From: an uncultured Spirochaetota bacterium
GTDB taxonomy: Bacteria > Spirochaetota > Spirochaetia > SZUA-6 > Fen-1364
NCBI GenBank assembly: GCA_963845535.1
Contig: CAWJSK010000014.1
Coordinates: forward strand, 1-64,000
DNA length: 64,000 nucleotides
Reading direction: 5' to 3'
The notes under the pieces are model-generated. The model was not told the DNA's origin, did no database searches, and saw nothing but the letters and a program-made list of their open reading frames with translations. The position numbers and the translations under genes are program-made. Of the stretch, positions 10,130 to 19,389 are shown piece after piece (the stretch's first letter is position 1; each line of letters opens with the position of its first letter).

Positions 10130-11620
10130 ATGTCCACAGAAATAGACGTTGAACAGATAAAAAGAGCCGCGCATGACTCTATTCCCCTGACTTTCAAGAC
10201 GTACACCCTTCCCCACGAAACGGAAATCTACCTGGACAAGGTTCTGGAGAACTTCCTGGCGGAGCTGGGGCAGGAAAAGCTGAAAGAACCTCTCTCGTAC
10301 TGCCTTCGTGAGCTGGCGGTGAATGCCAAGAAGGCCAACACGAAGCGCGTCTATTTCCAGGAGAAGAAACTGGACCTGGCCAAAGACCAGGAGTACGAGC
10401 TGGGGATGAAGACGTTCAAGCAGGAGACCTTCGACAACCTCCCGTATTACCTCCAGAAGCAGAAGGAGCTGGGGCTCTACATCAAGATCGTCTTCCAGAC
10501 CTCGGGGAAGACGCTCAACATCATGGTGCGCAACAACGTCGAGATCACGAAGAAGGAACAGATCAGGGTCTTTGACAGGCTTGCGCGCTCGCGGGCTTTC
10601 TCCTCCCTGGAAGAGGCATTTGCCACCGTGCTGGACAGCACCGAAGGGGCAGGCCTGGGAATCGTCATTCTCGTGCTGATGATGAAGAAGATCGGCCTCT
10701 CCGAGGACTGTTTCAGCATCGATTTCGAAAGCGGTGAGACCGTGGCAACCATCACGGTTCCATTTTCCGAGGTCCACCTGGAGCAGCTTGACGCCCTCAC
10801 GCAGATCCTCGTCCGGGAAATCGAGACGCTGCCGCAGTTTCCTGACAACATCGTCACCTTGCAGCGGCTCCTGGAGGACCCCAACCACGAGATCAACGAC
10901 ATCGCGCGGGAGGTCAGCGTTGACCCGTCCATGACGGCTGACCTCCTGAAGCTCGTGAACTCGGCGCAGTTCATGCTCCCCAAGCGCGTTGACAACATCG
11001 TGGAGGCGGTGAAGCTCGTCGGGACCAAGGGGGTGCGCAACCTCCTGTATTCCTACGGCACCCAGAAAGTGCTGGGAGAGAAGTACAGCGAAATGCGCTC
11101 CATGTGGACCCACGCTTACCGAGCCGCTTTCTATGCCTACGTGCTGGCCAAGAGCTTCAAGCGCAAGAAGGAGATGCTGGACGATGTGTACGTGGGCGGC
11201 ATCCTGCATGACCTCGGGCAGATCGTGATTGCCTCCATGCACCCCGACCTGCTGGACCGGATCACGCGGGTGTGTCGTGAGAAGGGCGTCCCCGCGAAGC
11301 TCCTGGAGGATTTCTCCGTGGGCTTGAATCACGCCGAGGTGGGGGCGCTCATCGCGAAGAAATGGAACTTCCCCGAGCAGCTCGTTTCCGCCATCCGGTA
11401 TCATCACGAGCCCATGCGTGCTCCGGCGGCTCACCGGGACATCGTCTTTAGCGTCTACATGGCCAACACCATCTGCGACATGGAGCGGGATCGGATCGGG
11501 TTCGACCAGATCCAGGCTCCCGTGCTCAAGGACTTCGGAATCGAGACGGAAGACCAGCTCAGCAAGATCCAGGAAAGGCTTTCCCGCGCGTTCGAGGACC
11601 AGCGCGCCAAGTTCCAGTAG
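10130..11620 (+). CDS. HDOD-domain signal transduction protein with N-terminal HATPase-like region
   Basis: ELAVNA..EGAGLG; LPQFP, DPSMTADLLKLVNSA, LHDLG, HAEVGA..WNFP..YHH. Confidence 0.85.
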   Translation: MSTEIDVEQIKRAAHDSIPLTFKTYTLPHETEIYLDKVLENFLAELGQEKLKEPLSYCLRELAVNAKKANTKRVYFQEKKLDLAKDQEYELGMKTFKQETFDNLPYYLQKQKELGLYIKIVFQTSGKTLNIMVRNNVEITKKEQIRVFDRLARSRAFSSLEEAFATVLDSTEGAGLGIVILVLMMKKIGLSEDCFSIDFESGETVATITVPFSEVHLEQLDALTQILVREIETLPQFPDNIVTLQRLLEDPNHEINDIAREVSVDPSMTADLLKLVNSAQFMLPKRVDNIVEAVKLVGTKGVRNLLYSYGTQKVLGEKYSEMRSMWTHAYRAAFYAYVLAKSFKRKKEMLDDVYVGGILHDLGQIVIASMHPDLLDRITRVCREKGVPAKLLEDFSVGLNHAEVGALIAKKWNFPEQLVSAIRYHHEPMRAPAAHRDIVFSVYMANTICDMERDRIGFDQIQAPVLKDFGIETEDQLSKIQERLSRAFEDQRAKFQ

Positions 11621-11809
11621 CTACGGCGGCTGTCCCGCGCCCACCCCACAGGGGCCGCTCGCCTGCCCAGTCCCCTGCAGAAGACGCCTCCTGCCGCTCG
11701 CCTGCACCAACCCCCTGCGCGAGACGCCTCCTGCCGCTCATCCCCGCGTCAGCCTCCACGCCAAGCCACCCTTCGCCTGTTCTTTTCCTCCAGTGCCTTT
11801 CACCTTCAG

Positions 11810-11838
11810 TTGACATTTCAGCGAGTATATATTAGAAT
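11810..11838 (+). promoter_or_regulatory. Near-consensus sigma70 promoter
   Basis: TTGACA-N17-TAGAAT followed by AGGAGG RBS. Confidence 0.7.
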
Positions 11839-11862
11839 TAATATATAGATTCAGGAGGAGCA

Positions 11863-12093
11863 ATGGCTGTCACGATCTATACGACTCCGACGTGCGGATA
11901 TTGCAAAGTTGCAAAGGAGTTCTTTCGAACCCAGCACGTTCCCTTCACGGAGTACAATGTTGCCTCCGATCAGCGCAAGGCGGAGGAGATGGTGAGAAAG
12001 TCGGGCCAGATGGGTGTGCCCGTCATCGACGTGCACGGCAAGATCATCGTCGGGTTCAACAAGCCTGAGATCGAAAAAGCTTTGAAGCGCTGA
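11863..12093 (+). CDS. Glutaredoxin-like protein (YruB/NrdH type)
   Basis: CGYC, GQMGVPVI, IVGF. Confidence 0.9.
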   Translation: MAVTIYTTPTCGYCKVAKEFFRTQHVPFTEYNVASDQRKAEEMVRKSGQMGVPVIDVHGKIIVGFNKPEIEKALKR

Positions 12094-12164
12094 CAAGCAG
12101 CGCGTCTCTTTCCCTGTCATTGATGCTGTGAGGTCGGCACGCATGCCGGCCCTCGGAGGCATAC

Positions 12165-12596
12165 ATGACAAAAGGAAGACGGGGTACTGTGGTAAGCGTG
12201 CGTCCCGAGCTTCGGGAGCAGCGGCTGAAGGTCGTTGCAACCGTCCGCGTGGATTCGGGGGAGACGCTGGAGGCGCACATGCCGGACAGGGAGATATCGG
12301 CCATCCTGCCTCGGTCCGTTCTGCTGGGTGAGGCGCGGACGGCTCCGGTCTCTCTGATGGATACGGTGAGCCCCATCATTTCGCGGATGACCGAAGGCCG
12401 GCTCGTTCGCGTGTGGCAATACAAAGAGAGATGGTTCTTCTCCTTCCAGCAGTGGAAAGGGGTCAGGTTCCGGGACGCTGAGGATCAGGGACCGCGCGCG
12501 GACGCCGCAGCCGCCAAAGTCACCGCAGCGGCCAGGGCCGCCATAGGTGGCCACGGGGTCACTTCTGATCCAGGGCAGACCGCCACGCCTGCATAA
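12165..12596 (+). CDS. Hypothetical protein
   Basis: GGAGG RBS; plausible globular 143-aa ORF. Confidence 0.55.
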   Translation: MTKGRRGTVVSVRPELREQRLKVVATVRVDSGETLEAHMPDREISAILPRSVLLGEARTAPVSLMDTVSPIISRMTEGRLVRVWQYKERWFFSFQQWKGVRFRDAEDQGPRADAAAAKVTAAARAAIGGHGVTSDPGQTATPA

Positions 12597-13476
12597 GAAT
12601 CCCGAAGGCAACCGCAACGTTCAAAGATCTCTTGGCCCCGCCAAGCGGGATACTGACCCGGCCAAGACCTGCGTCCGCAAGGTCAAGGGCTTCCGGGCTC
12701 AAGCCCAGCTCCTCTGACCCCAGGAGCACGGTGCCTGCGCTCGGGAATGCAAACGCGTCCAGCGGCGTTCCGCCAAGCTCCAGCGCGAAGAGCCCTTCGG
12801 TCCCGCGGAGGGATTCCAGGTCAGCCACGGCCCAGGGCAGCGCCTCCTCGGACCTCATGGCGGCTTTTGATGCTCGTGGATGGCTCGGAAGAGGGGTGCG
12901 CCGTGACAGGAGCACTTTCTCCGCGCCGAAGGCTTCCGCCGTGCGGAAGATGGATCCAACGTTGTACGGAGACCTGATATCCTCCAGGTAGACACGGAGT
13001 GGCAGGACTTTCACGCCGGTCCTGCTGAGCAGACCACTGGAGGGGTTGATGAAGTCCCATTCGGCGGGCTCGGCATGAAGCTCCTGGAGGACGTCGTTTC
13101 GAAGCACATTCAGGCGTCTGAAGATTCGGGATGACCCCTGGGATCCAAGCGCGTCCGCGGTTGCATCCACCAGGGGGGCAGCGGCTGGGTTCGGCGTTGC
13201 ATCCACCGGGAGGCCTGCGGCTGGGTCCACAGTGGGGTCCGCGGCGGGGTTCGCGGCACCGCGCGGGTCAGCGGCCAATTCCGCTTCAAGGAGCGCGGCA
13301 TCCTGGCGGACCGCTTCCGGTGTGTCCGCTGAAAGGAGCCGCGCCAGCTCTCGAAGGTAATCGAAATCGAGGCGGCCCGTCCGCGTCAGTTCCCCTTCGG
13401 CTGCCTGCAGGATGCGCGCCACCTTGCGGAGCCTGGTCTTCTGGGACAACTCCTGGAGCTTTTTCAGCGGGAACAT
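12559..13476 (-). CDS. TrmH/SpoU family RNA methyltransferase
   Basis: IRSPYNVGSIFRTAEAFG, LGSEELG, SLNVAVAFG. Confidence 0.85.
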   Translation of the reverse strand: MFPLKKLQELSQKTRLRKVARILQAAEGELTRTGRLDFDYLRELARLLSADTPEAVRQDAALLEAELAADPRGAANPAADPTVDPAAGLPVDATPNPAAAPLVDATADALGSQGSSRIFRRLNVLRNDVLQELHAEPAEWDFINPSSGLLSRTGVKVLPLRVYLEDIRSPYNVGSIFRTAEAFGAEKVLLSRRTPLPSHPRASKAAMRSEEALPWAVADLESLRGTEGLFALELGGTPLDAFAFPSAGTVLLGSEELGLSPEALDLADAGLGRVSIPLGGAKRSLNVAVAFGILMQAWRSALDQK

Positions 13477-13480
13477 GGGA

Positions 13481-14635
13481 TCAGAAAGCTGACTTGATCA
13501 GCTCGTAGATGTCTTCCGTGGACACCACGCGCGGGAGGTAGTTCATCATGTCGAAGCTGCGCGCCACGCCCGCCACTTCGATCATCTCATCAAGGGAAAG
13601 GTCGAACTCGCGCAGGCGCGTAGGAAGGCCAAGGGAGGAGATGATCCGCCGGACCGCCTCAATGGTCTGCGTGGGCGCTTCCACGGAAGAGGTGTCCCCG
13701 ACGTCCTCACCCAGGAGGCGGCCAATCTGACCTATGCGGTCCCCCCGCACGTTGACTGCGAACTCCAGGACGTAGGGGAGGAGGATGGTGGACACCCATG
13801 ACTTGGGCACCATGAAGCGGGAGTTCAGCGCGAAGGAAAGCGCTGATCCAATCCCGAGCTTTGACATTGCCAGGCCGAGACCCAGGAGCAGTCCAGCGCT
13901 GCTTGCGTCCATTCGCATTCGAAGGTCATCCACGTTCTGGATCCCCTCCTTGATCAGGACGCCCAGGATCTCGACCGCGCGGGTAAGGTACGTGTCGGAG
14001 AGGAAATTAGCGCGTGATGAAAGCAGGCCCTCCACGCAGCCCAGAAGCGTATCCATCACCGTGGTGGCCGTGTATTTGGCGGGAAGCGTAAGGCTCAGCT
14101 TGGGATCAATCAAGACTGCCTTCGTGATCCCTTTTTGCGTCCTGCCCACCCGCCCCGTCCTGTCCCGGCCGTCAATCATCAGGTATTCGTCCCCGAACAT
14201 GAACGGATTACGGCAGGTCGTTGGCACCTCGATGTACGGCAGCGCCTCCCCCTGCGGGAGCACGCCTGAGAGATAGTCGTCCATGTCATGGGCGGTGGGC
14301 GCCGTCATGGCAATGCAGCGGGCCGCGGAGAGGGTTCGCACTCCGCCGAGGCCAATCACCACGTCGGCATGGGAACCCCGGGCGAGCGTGACGCCGTCAT
14401 CCACGGTCTTGCTGGTGGCGTTGGGCACCACCTCGTCGAACACGATGTTCTGCACACCCTTCTTTTCCAGGATGTCCTGCACTTTGTTGATGACTTTGCC
14501 TTCGTAGAGAATGGCTTCCGTAACCAGGAAGGCCCTCTCCCCGTAGTCCGCCACGAGCTGACCGATGCGGTTGACGGTGTCGAGGCCGAAAACAATGCGC
14601 GCGGGAATGTGCAGAAGGACGTCCGGCATGGTCAT
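13481..14635 (-). CDS. Iron-containing alcohol dehydrogenase-fold protein
   Basis: IPARIVFG, VVPNAT, IGLGG, VPTT, IDPKL; canonical His metal ligands absent. Confidence 0.8.
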   Translation of the reverse strand: MTMPDVLLHIPARIVFGLDTVNRIGQLVADYGERAFLVTEAILYEGKVINKVQDILEKKGVQNIVFDEVVPNATSKTVDDGVTLARGSHADVVIGLGGVRTLSAARCIAMTAPTAHDMDDYLSGVLPQGEALPYIEVPTTCRNPFMFGDEYLMIDGRDRTGRVGRTQKGITKAVLIDPKLSLTLPAKYTATTVMDTLLGCVEGLLSSRANFLSDTYLTRAVEILGVLIKEGIQNVDDLRMRMDASSAGLLLGLGLAMSKLGIGSALSFALNSRFMVPKSWVSTILLPYVLEFAVNVRGDRIGQIGRLLGEDVGDTSSVEAPTQTIEAVRRIISSLGLPTRLREFDLSLDEMIEVAGVARSFDMMNYLPRVVSTEDIYELIKSAF

Positions 14636-14647
14636 TCTCCCTCGATG

Positions 14648-14683
14648 AAAAAAAGGCGGAGAATCCCGAAGGATACCTCCGCC
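14648..14683 (-). terminator. Intrinsic terminator after flgM
   Basis: GGCGGAG..CTCCGCC stem followed by T7 on the minus strand. Confidence 0.65.
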
Positions 14684-14705
14684 CGAACCACTAGGTTGGA
14701 AAGGC

Positions 14706-14990
14706 CTAGATGCCGAAGGACTTCAGAATGTCTTCGGCGACCTTTTCGATGATCTCCTGCGACGGATAAGAGGGGTCCTGGAGCTTGCGCTTCATCTCCT
14801 CCACCCGGTCCATCCGGATGTCCGGCGCGGTCCGCACAGCCTCGGTTGCCTTCAGCACCTCGGCCCGGGAGCGTGCCTCCGGGGAGACGTTGATTGAGTC
14901 CGGTTCGTGCTTCGTCTTGAGCCGCGAGGGCTTCTCGCTCTTCTTCACGTTTGACGTGGGGTCGAGCGGGCCTATTCTCTCAACGGTCAT
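14706..14990 (-). CDS. flgM: Anti-sigma28 factor FlgM
   Basis: 94 aa; DSINVS, PDIRMDRVEEMK..Y..VAEDIL. Confidence 0.8.
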   Translation of the reverse strand: MTVERIGPLDPTSNVKKSEKPSRLKTKHEPDSINVSPEARSRAEVLKATEAVRTAPDIRMDRVEEMKRKLQDPSYPSQEIIEKVAEDILKSFGI

Positions 14991-15012
14991 AAGACCTTCC
15001 TTTCACATATCC

Positions 15013-15078
15013 TTATCGACACGTCGTGGAACCAACTTGAACACATTAGGGTATACGGCTGCAAAAAACGTTCGTCAA
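15013..15078 (-). promoter_or_regulatory. Tandem sigma70-like and sigma28-like promoters for flgM
   Basis: TTGACG-N17-TATACC (15078-15050) and TCAAG..GTCGATAA (15040-15013). Confidence 0.5.
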
Positions 15079-15087
15079 GCGCCTGTT

Positions 15088-15579
15088 TTAAATTGTGACA
15101 ATTGTGACGTCCATCCCCTGGGTTTCGACGATTGCAACCGTGGCCCGTTCGGCGAGGTAGCCCGACGAGGTACCAGGGTTCAGGAGCTTTTTCGACCCGC
15201 CTTCGACCCGGATCTTGTGGTCATGACCGTAGATCACCAGATCATAGGCGCCCAATCGAAACAGATCCTCCGCGAGGTCCGGGTAATGGATTACGACGAT
15301 CCGTTTGCCTCCCAGAGTCACCGTGAGGGAGCCATCGGCAAAAGTGCAGAAGCCCTCGCCACGGCGCGCCAGAAGGACACGGTCGCCGTCGTTGTTGCCG
15401 AATACGGCGTGCATCTTCACGCCTTTTGTCGAAAGCGGTTTGAACTCGGCAAGGGTGAAGGGGGAGCAGAAATCTCCCGCGTGGATGAGCGCCTCCACGC
15501 CGTTTGTCGAAAAGACTTCCACTGCCTTTCGGATGTTTGTCAGATTGTCATGGGAATCTGAGATGACGCCTATCTTCAT
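15088..15579 (-). CDS. YfcE/MJ0936 metallophosphoesterase
   Basis: SDSH, HAGD, GNND, GHDH, NPG. Confidence 0.9.
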   Translation of the reverse strand: MKIGVISDSHDNLTNIRKAVEVFSTNGVEALIHAGDFCSPFTLAEFKPLSTKGVKMHAVFGNNDGDRVLLARRGEGFCTFADGSLTVTLGGKRIVVIHYPDLAEDLFRLGAYDLVIYGHDHKIRVEGGSKKLLNPGTSSGYLAERATVAIVETQGMDVTIVTI

Positions 15580-15665
15580 GTGCGGTCCTTCTTTTGGCTC
15601 CCCTCTATTCATCGGCAGGCATAACGTTTCTTTACAGCCTTCCGGCGGCCTGTTACACTGTTTTT

Positions 15666-16451
15666 ATGAAGCGCATTGGAATCCTCGGGTTCGGCGTCAT
15701 GGGAGAGGCGTTTGCGGTCGGGATCAGGAAGAAGATGCCTGAATCCGTCATCGCGGCGTACGATGTAAAGAGGGACAGAGTCCAGGCTGCTTCGAAAGCC
15801 ATCGGAGTTGAACCCGCGGGCAGCGCCGCGGAGGTGTTCGCCGCCGACATTACGCTCCTGTGCATAAAGCCGCAGGACTTTGCGGCAGTGGCCTCCGAGG
15901 TCAGGGGCGCTTCCCGAGGTCGAAGAGTCATTTCCATCCTCGCCGGCAGGAAGATTCAGGCGATATCGGAAGCGCTCGGGACGGAGAACGTCGCGCGGTT
16001 CATGCCCAACATCTCGGCGCTCAAAGGGACGTCGCTCGTCGGCGTTTCCTTTCACGGGGAGGCGGACGATCAGACGCGCAAGGACAGCCTCGCCGTGGCG
16101 GAGGCGGTCGGGAAACCGCTTCCCATCCCTGAGAAGCTGATGTCCGCAATGACGGGGGTTTCCGGGTCAGGGCTCGCGTACGTGCTGGAGTTTGTGCACG
16201 CGATGTCGCTCGGCGGCGTTGCAGCGGGGTTCGACTATGACACCGCGCTGACCATCGCGGTGGCGGGATTGGAGAGCGCCGCGAGCCTGCTCAAGGACGG
16301 CGCGCACCCCATGGAGCTTGCCAGCCGGATCACCTCCGCCGGCGGCACCACCATCCAGGGCGTCCGCGCCCTGGAAAGAGGCGGCTTCACCGCCGCGGTG
16401 ATGGAAGCAGTGGAGGCCGCCGCCCGCAAAGCGAGCGAGATGGAGGCCTGA
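15666..16451 (+). CDS. proC: Pyrroline-5-carboxylate reductase
   Basis: GFGVMG, KPQ, RFMPN, GVSGSG, SAGGTTIQG. Confidence 0.9.
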   Translation: MKRIGILGFGVMGEAFAVGIRKKMPESVIAAYDVKRDRVQAASKAIGVEPAGSAAEVFAADITLLCIKPQDFAAVASEVRGASRGRRVISILAGRKIQAISEALGTENVARFMPNISALKGTSLVGVSFHGEADDQTRKDSLAVAEAVGKPLPIPEKLMSAMTGVSGSGLAYVLEFVHAMSLGGVAAGFDYDTALTIAVAGLESAASLLKDGAHPMELASRITSAGGTTIQGVRALERGGFTAAVMEAVEAAARKASEMEA

Positions 16452-16492
16452 CGCGGCTTGTCTCGCCCACTGCGCTCGTTTATTATCCCGTC

Positions 16493-17785
16493 ATGCTCGA
16501 CCTTAAATTCATCCGCGACAACATCGATGCGGTAAAAGCCAACACCGCCAACCGTCACGTTTCCGCCAACCCCGACCTCGTTGTGGAGCTGTACGACAAG
16601 CGCAACGCGCTCCTGAAGGAGCTGGAGACGCTGCGCGCGGCGCGCAACACCAACGCGGACAAGATGAAGGCGAAGCTTTCCCCTGAAGATCGCGCGAAGC
16701 TCATTGAGGAAGGGAAGCGGCTGAAGGAGAGCATCGCGGAGCTGGAGAAGCGTCATGAGGAGACAGAGAAGCGCCTCACCCAGGAGGCTCTGAGGCTTCC
16801 CAACATGTCGCACCCGGAAGCTCCCGTCGCGGAAGGGGAGGCGGGCAACAGGCAGCTTCGCACGTGGGGGAAACCGCCTTCGTTTTCCTTCCCGCAGAAA
16901 GACCACGTGGAGATAGGGCAAAACCTCGCGCTTCTGGACTTCGAATCCGGAGCAAAAGTCGCCGGACAGAAGTTCTACTACCTCAAGAACGAGGCGGTGA
17001 TCCTGGAGCTGGCGCTTCTCCGCTATGCCATGGATGTCCTCATGCGGGAAGGGTTTACCCCTTTTATCACGCCCGACGTGGCGCGGGAAGATATCGTGGC
17101 GGGGCACGGATTCAACCCTCGCGGTCCCGAGAGCAACATCTACACGCTGGAGGGCACCGACCTGTGCCTGGTGGCAACCGCTGAGTTCACGCTCGGGGGA
17201 TACAACTCCGGCAAGATCCTGCCGGCAGAGGCTCTTCCCGTCACGTTTGCCGGCATCTCCCACTGCTTCCGGCGGGAGGCTGGGGCTGCCGGGCAGTTCT
17301 CCAAGGGGCTTTACCGCGTGCACCAGTTCACCAAGGTGGAGATGTTCGTGTTCTGCCACCCCTCAGGATCCGATGCCATGCTGGAACGGCTCATTGGGAT
17401 CGAGGAGAAAATCTTCCAGGGGTTGGAGATTCCTTACCGGATCGTGGACACGTGCACGGGAGACCTCGGGGGACCCGCGTATCGCAAGTTCGATATCGAG
17501 GCGTGGATGCCGGGGCGGGGTGAAAAGGGAGAGTGGGGGGAGATCACCAGCGCATCCAACTGCACCGACTACCAGGCCCGGCGCCTGGGGATCCGTTTCA
17601 AGGACAGCGGGAAGAATGCGTTCGTGCACACGTTGAACGGCACGGCGCTGGCGGTCTCACGTACCCTGATTGCGCTTCTGGAGAACTTCCAGAGGGAGGA
17701 CGGGAGCGTCGAGATTCCCCCGACGCTCGCCGCGTATACAGGTTTCAACAAGATCACGCCTCAGAAGGAGCGCAAGGAAAGCTGA
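16493..17785 (+). CDS. serS: Serine--tRNA ligase
   Basis: MLDLKFIR, TAE, CFRREAG, GLYRVHQFTKVE, SNCTDYQARRL, HTLNGT. Confidence 0.97.
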   Translation: MLDLKFIRDNIDAVKANTANRHVSANPDLVVELYDKRNALLKELETLRAARNTNADKMKAKLSPEDRAKLIEEGKRLKESIAELEKRHEETEKRLTQEALRLPNMSHPEAPVAEGEAGNRQLRTWGKPPSFSFPQKDHVEIGQNLALLDFESGAKVAGQKFYYLKNEAVILELALLRYAMDVLMREGFTPFITPDVAREDIVAGHGFNPRGPESNIYTLEGTDLCLVATAEFTLGGYNSGKILPAEALPVTFAGISHCFRREAGAAGQFSKGLYRVHQFTKVEMFVFCHPSGSDAMLERLIGIEEKIFQGLEIPYRIVDTCTGDLGGPAYRKFDIEAWMPGRGEKGEWGEITSASNCTDYQARRLGIRFKDSGKNAFVHTLNGTALAVSRTLIALLENFQREDGSVEIPPTLAAYTGFNKITPQKERKES

Positions 17786-17821
17786 ACGGGGCCGCCCGAG
17801 CGCGGAATGCGCGCTCGGCGA

Positions 17822-17851
17822 CAGCCCTGCCGCGCTGGAGCGGCAGGGCTG
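17822..17851. terminator. GC hairpin between convergent genes
   Basis: CAGCCCTGCCGC-loop-GCGGCAGGGCTG. Confidence 0.5.
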
Positions 17852-17853
17852 CC

Positions 17854-18069
17854 TTATCGGCCCACCATCTTTGAGAGGTTCTTCGTCAGAAGGTCGTAGT
17901 AGTCCTTGAAGGTGTACGATGAGCGGGCGCGCATCTGCTGCTTTGTTGCGTCCCTGAGCCCGTCATGGCAGGGCTCACAGATGTCCCTGTCCAAGATCGT
18001 GAAGTAGTTGAAGTCCCTGCGGGCCCCCGGAACGGGCTTTTTGCAGATGTCACACACGATCGCTGTCAT
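17854..18069 (-). CDS. Small zinc-finger-like protein
   Basis: CDIC..CEPC; AAGGAG RBS. Confidence 0.7.
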   Translation of the reverse strand: MTAIVCDICKKPVPGARRDFNYFTILDRDICEPCHDGLRDATKQQMRARSSYTFKDYYDLLTKNLSKMVGR

Positions 18070-18226
18070 GGTCGTCTCCTTGCCAATCCGACTGTGCTTT
18101 CAATTGTAAGTAAAATCACCCGCCTTGTCGAGTGGACGCGCGGGTTTGCTTCTGTGTACAATAGTAGCACGCGGGGGCGGGCTCAACCACCCCTCAGGGC
18201 GCTGAGATTCATCAAAGGGGAATCGC

Positions 18227-19324
18227 ATGACGGATGCCCTTGCTCGTTTGAAAGAAGAGAACATCCCCTACCTGGTATGCAGCTATTCATCCCTGGACAA
18301 GTACTTCCGCCTCAAAGACCCCGGGCCGCTGTATCTTGCAACCGACTCGTCCCTGGTCGCCCTGGCAAGGGCCTTCGAGGACTTGCAGTTCCCCGGGCTG
18401 CCCCTGGAGGACGCCGCGGTGAAAAACGGAGGCAGCCGCCTTGTGTTCCGCTGCGTCGACTCGCTTTCCGAGCCGCCGTCCGCCCCGTTCACGGTCCAAC
18501 GGCTTCTCTATGATCCGGGGCGAAACGTATTCATCGACAAGCTGGACATGTATCCCGACCTGCGCTCGCGAACGCTGACGTTCGTGGCGGATTCGTACCC
18601 GCGGTGGCTGGGGTTGTGCGAGGCAGCCAAGCTCGTGTCGCGCTACCATTATTCCTCGGACGGCTTGCAGCCGGGCTGGGAAAGAGGAGATGCGCTCCCG
18701 TCCATCGACTATCAGAAAGACCTGCTCGAGAGCCTCCTGACATCGCGCTTGCCCGAGAAAGGCTTTGCCCTGCTGGAGGCAAGCGGCTTTGTCGCGGAGG
18801 CCTGGCCGGAGCTGTACGCCATGACCGAGGTTCCCCACGGGAAAGACTTCCACCCCGAAGGGAATGTCTGGGAGCACACCCTTGCAACGTTCAAGCACAG
18901 GAAGCGCCCCGAGCTTGTCCTCTCCCTTTCCTTGCTCTTCCATGACAGCGGAAAACCCGGGTCGGAGAACACGGGAGACAAACGCTTCGACGGCCACGCG
19001 GAGCTGGGGGCCCACATTGCGGCCCGGTTTCTCCGCAGGCTCGGCTTCGAGGAGAGGATCGTGGAGCCCGTGGAGTTCCTGGTGCGCTACCACATGATGC
19101 CGGCCGCCCTGAAGATTCTGCCTCCGTTTCGCACGGAAAAGATTTTCGCCTCTCCTCTTTTCCCCACTCTGCTCGAGCTCTACCGGGCAGACCTTTCGTC
19201 CTCTTACGGGGATGAGGAGGGATACTACGAGGCATGCAGGATCTACCGGGCGTGGCAGCGGGACAAAGGGAACCCTTACCTGGCTGAGAAGATGCGAAAG
19301 CGGGCGCGCGCTGCGCGGCATTGA
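18227..19324 (+). CDS. HD-domain protein related to CCA-adding enzymes
   Basis: FHPEGNVWEHT, LFHDSGKP, FDGHAELGA, YHM. Confidence 0.8.
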   Translation: MTDALARLKEENIPYLVCSYSSLDKYFRLKDPGPLYLATDSSLVALARAFEDLQFPGLPLEDAAVKNGGSRLVFRCVDSLSEPPSAPFTVQRLLYDPGRNVFIDKLDMYPDLRSRTLTFVADSYPRWLGLCEAAKLVSRYHYSSDGLQPGWERGDALPSIDYQKDLLESLLTSRLPEKGFALLEASGFVAEAWPELYAMTEVPHGKDFHPEGNVWEHTLATFKHRKRPELVLSLSLLFHDSGKPGSENTGDKRFDGHAELGAHIAARFLRRLGFEERIVEPVEFLVRYHMMPAALKILPPFRTEKIFASPLFPTLLELYRADLSSSYGDEEGYYEACRIYRAWQRDKGNPYLAEKMRKRARAARH

Positions 19325-19389
19325 AACGGCGGTATCCCGCAGATAAGAGGACAAGGCCGCTGCCCGCCGGACAGCCGCCTGATCAGGCA

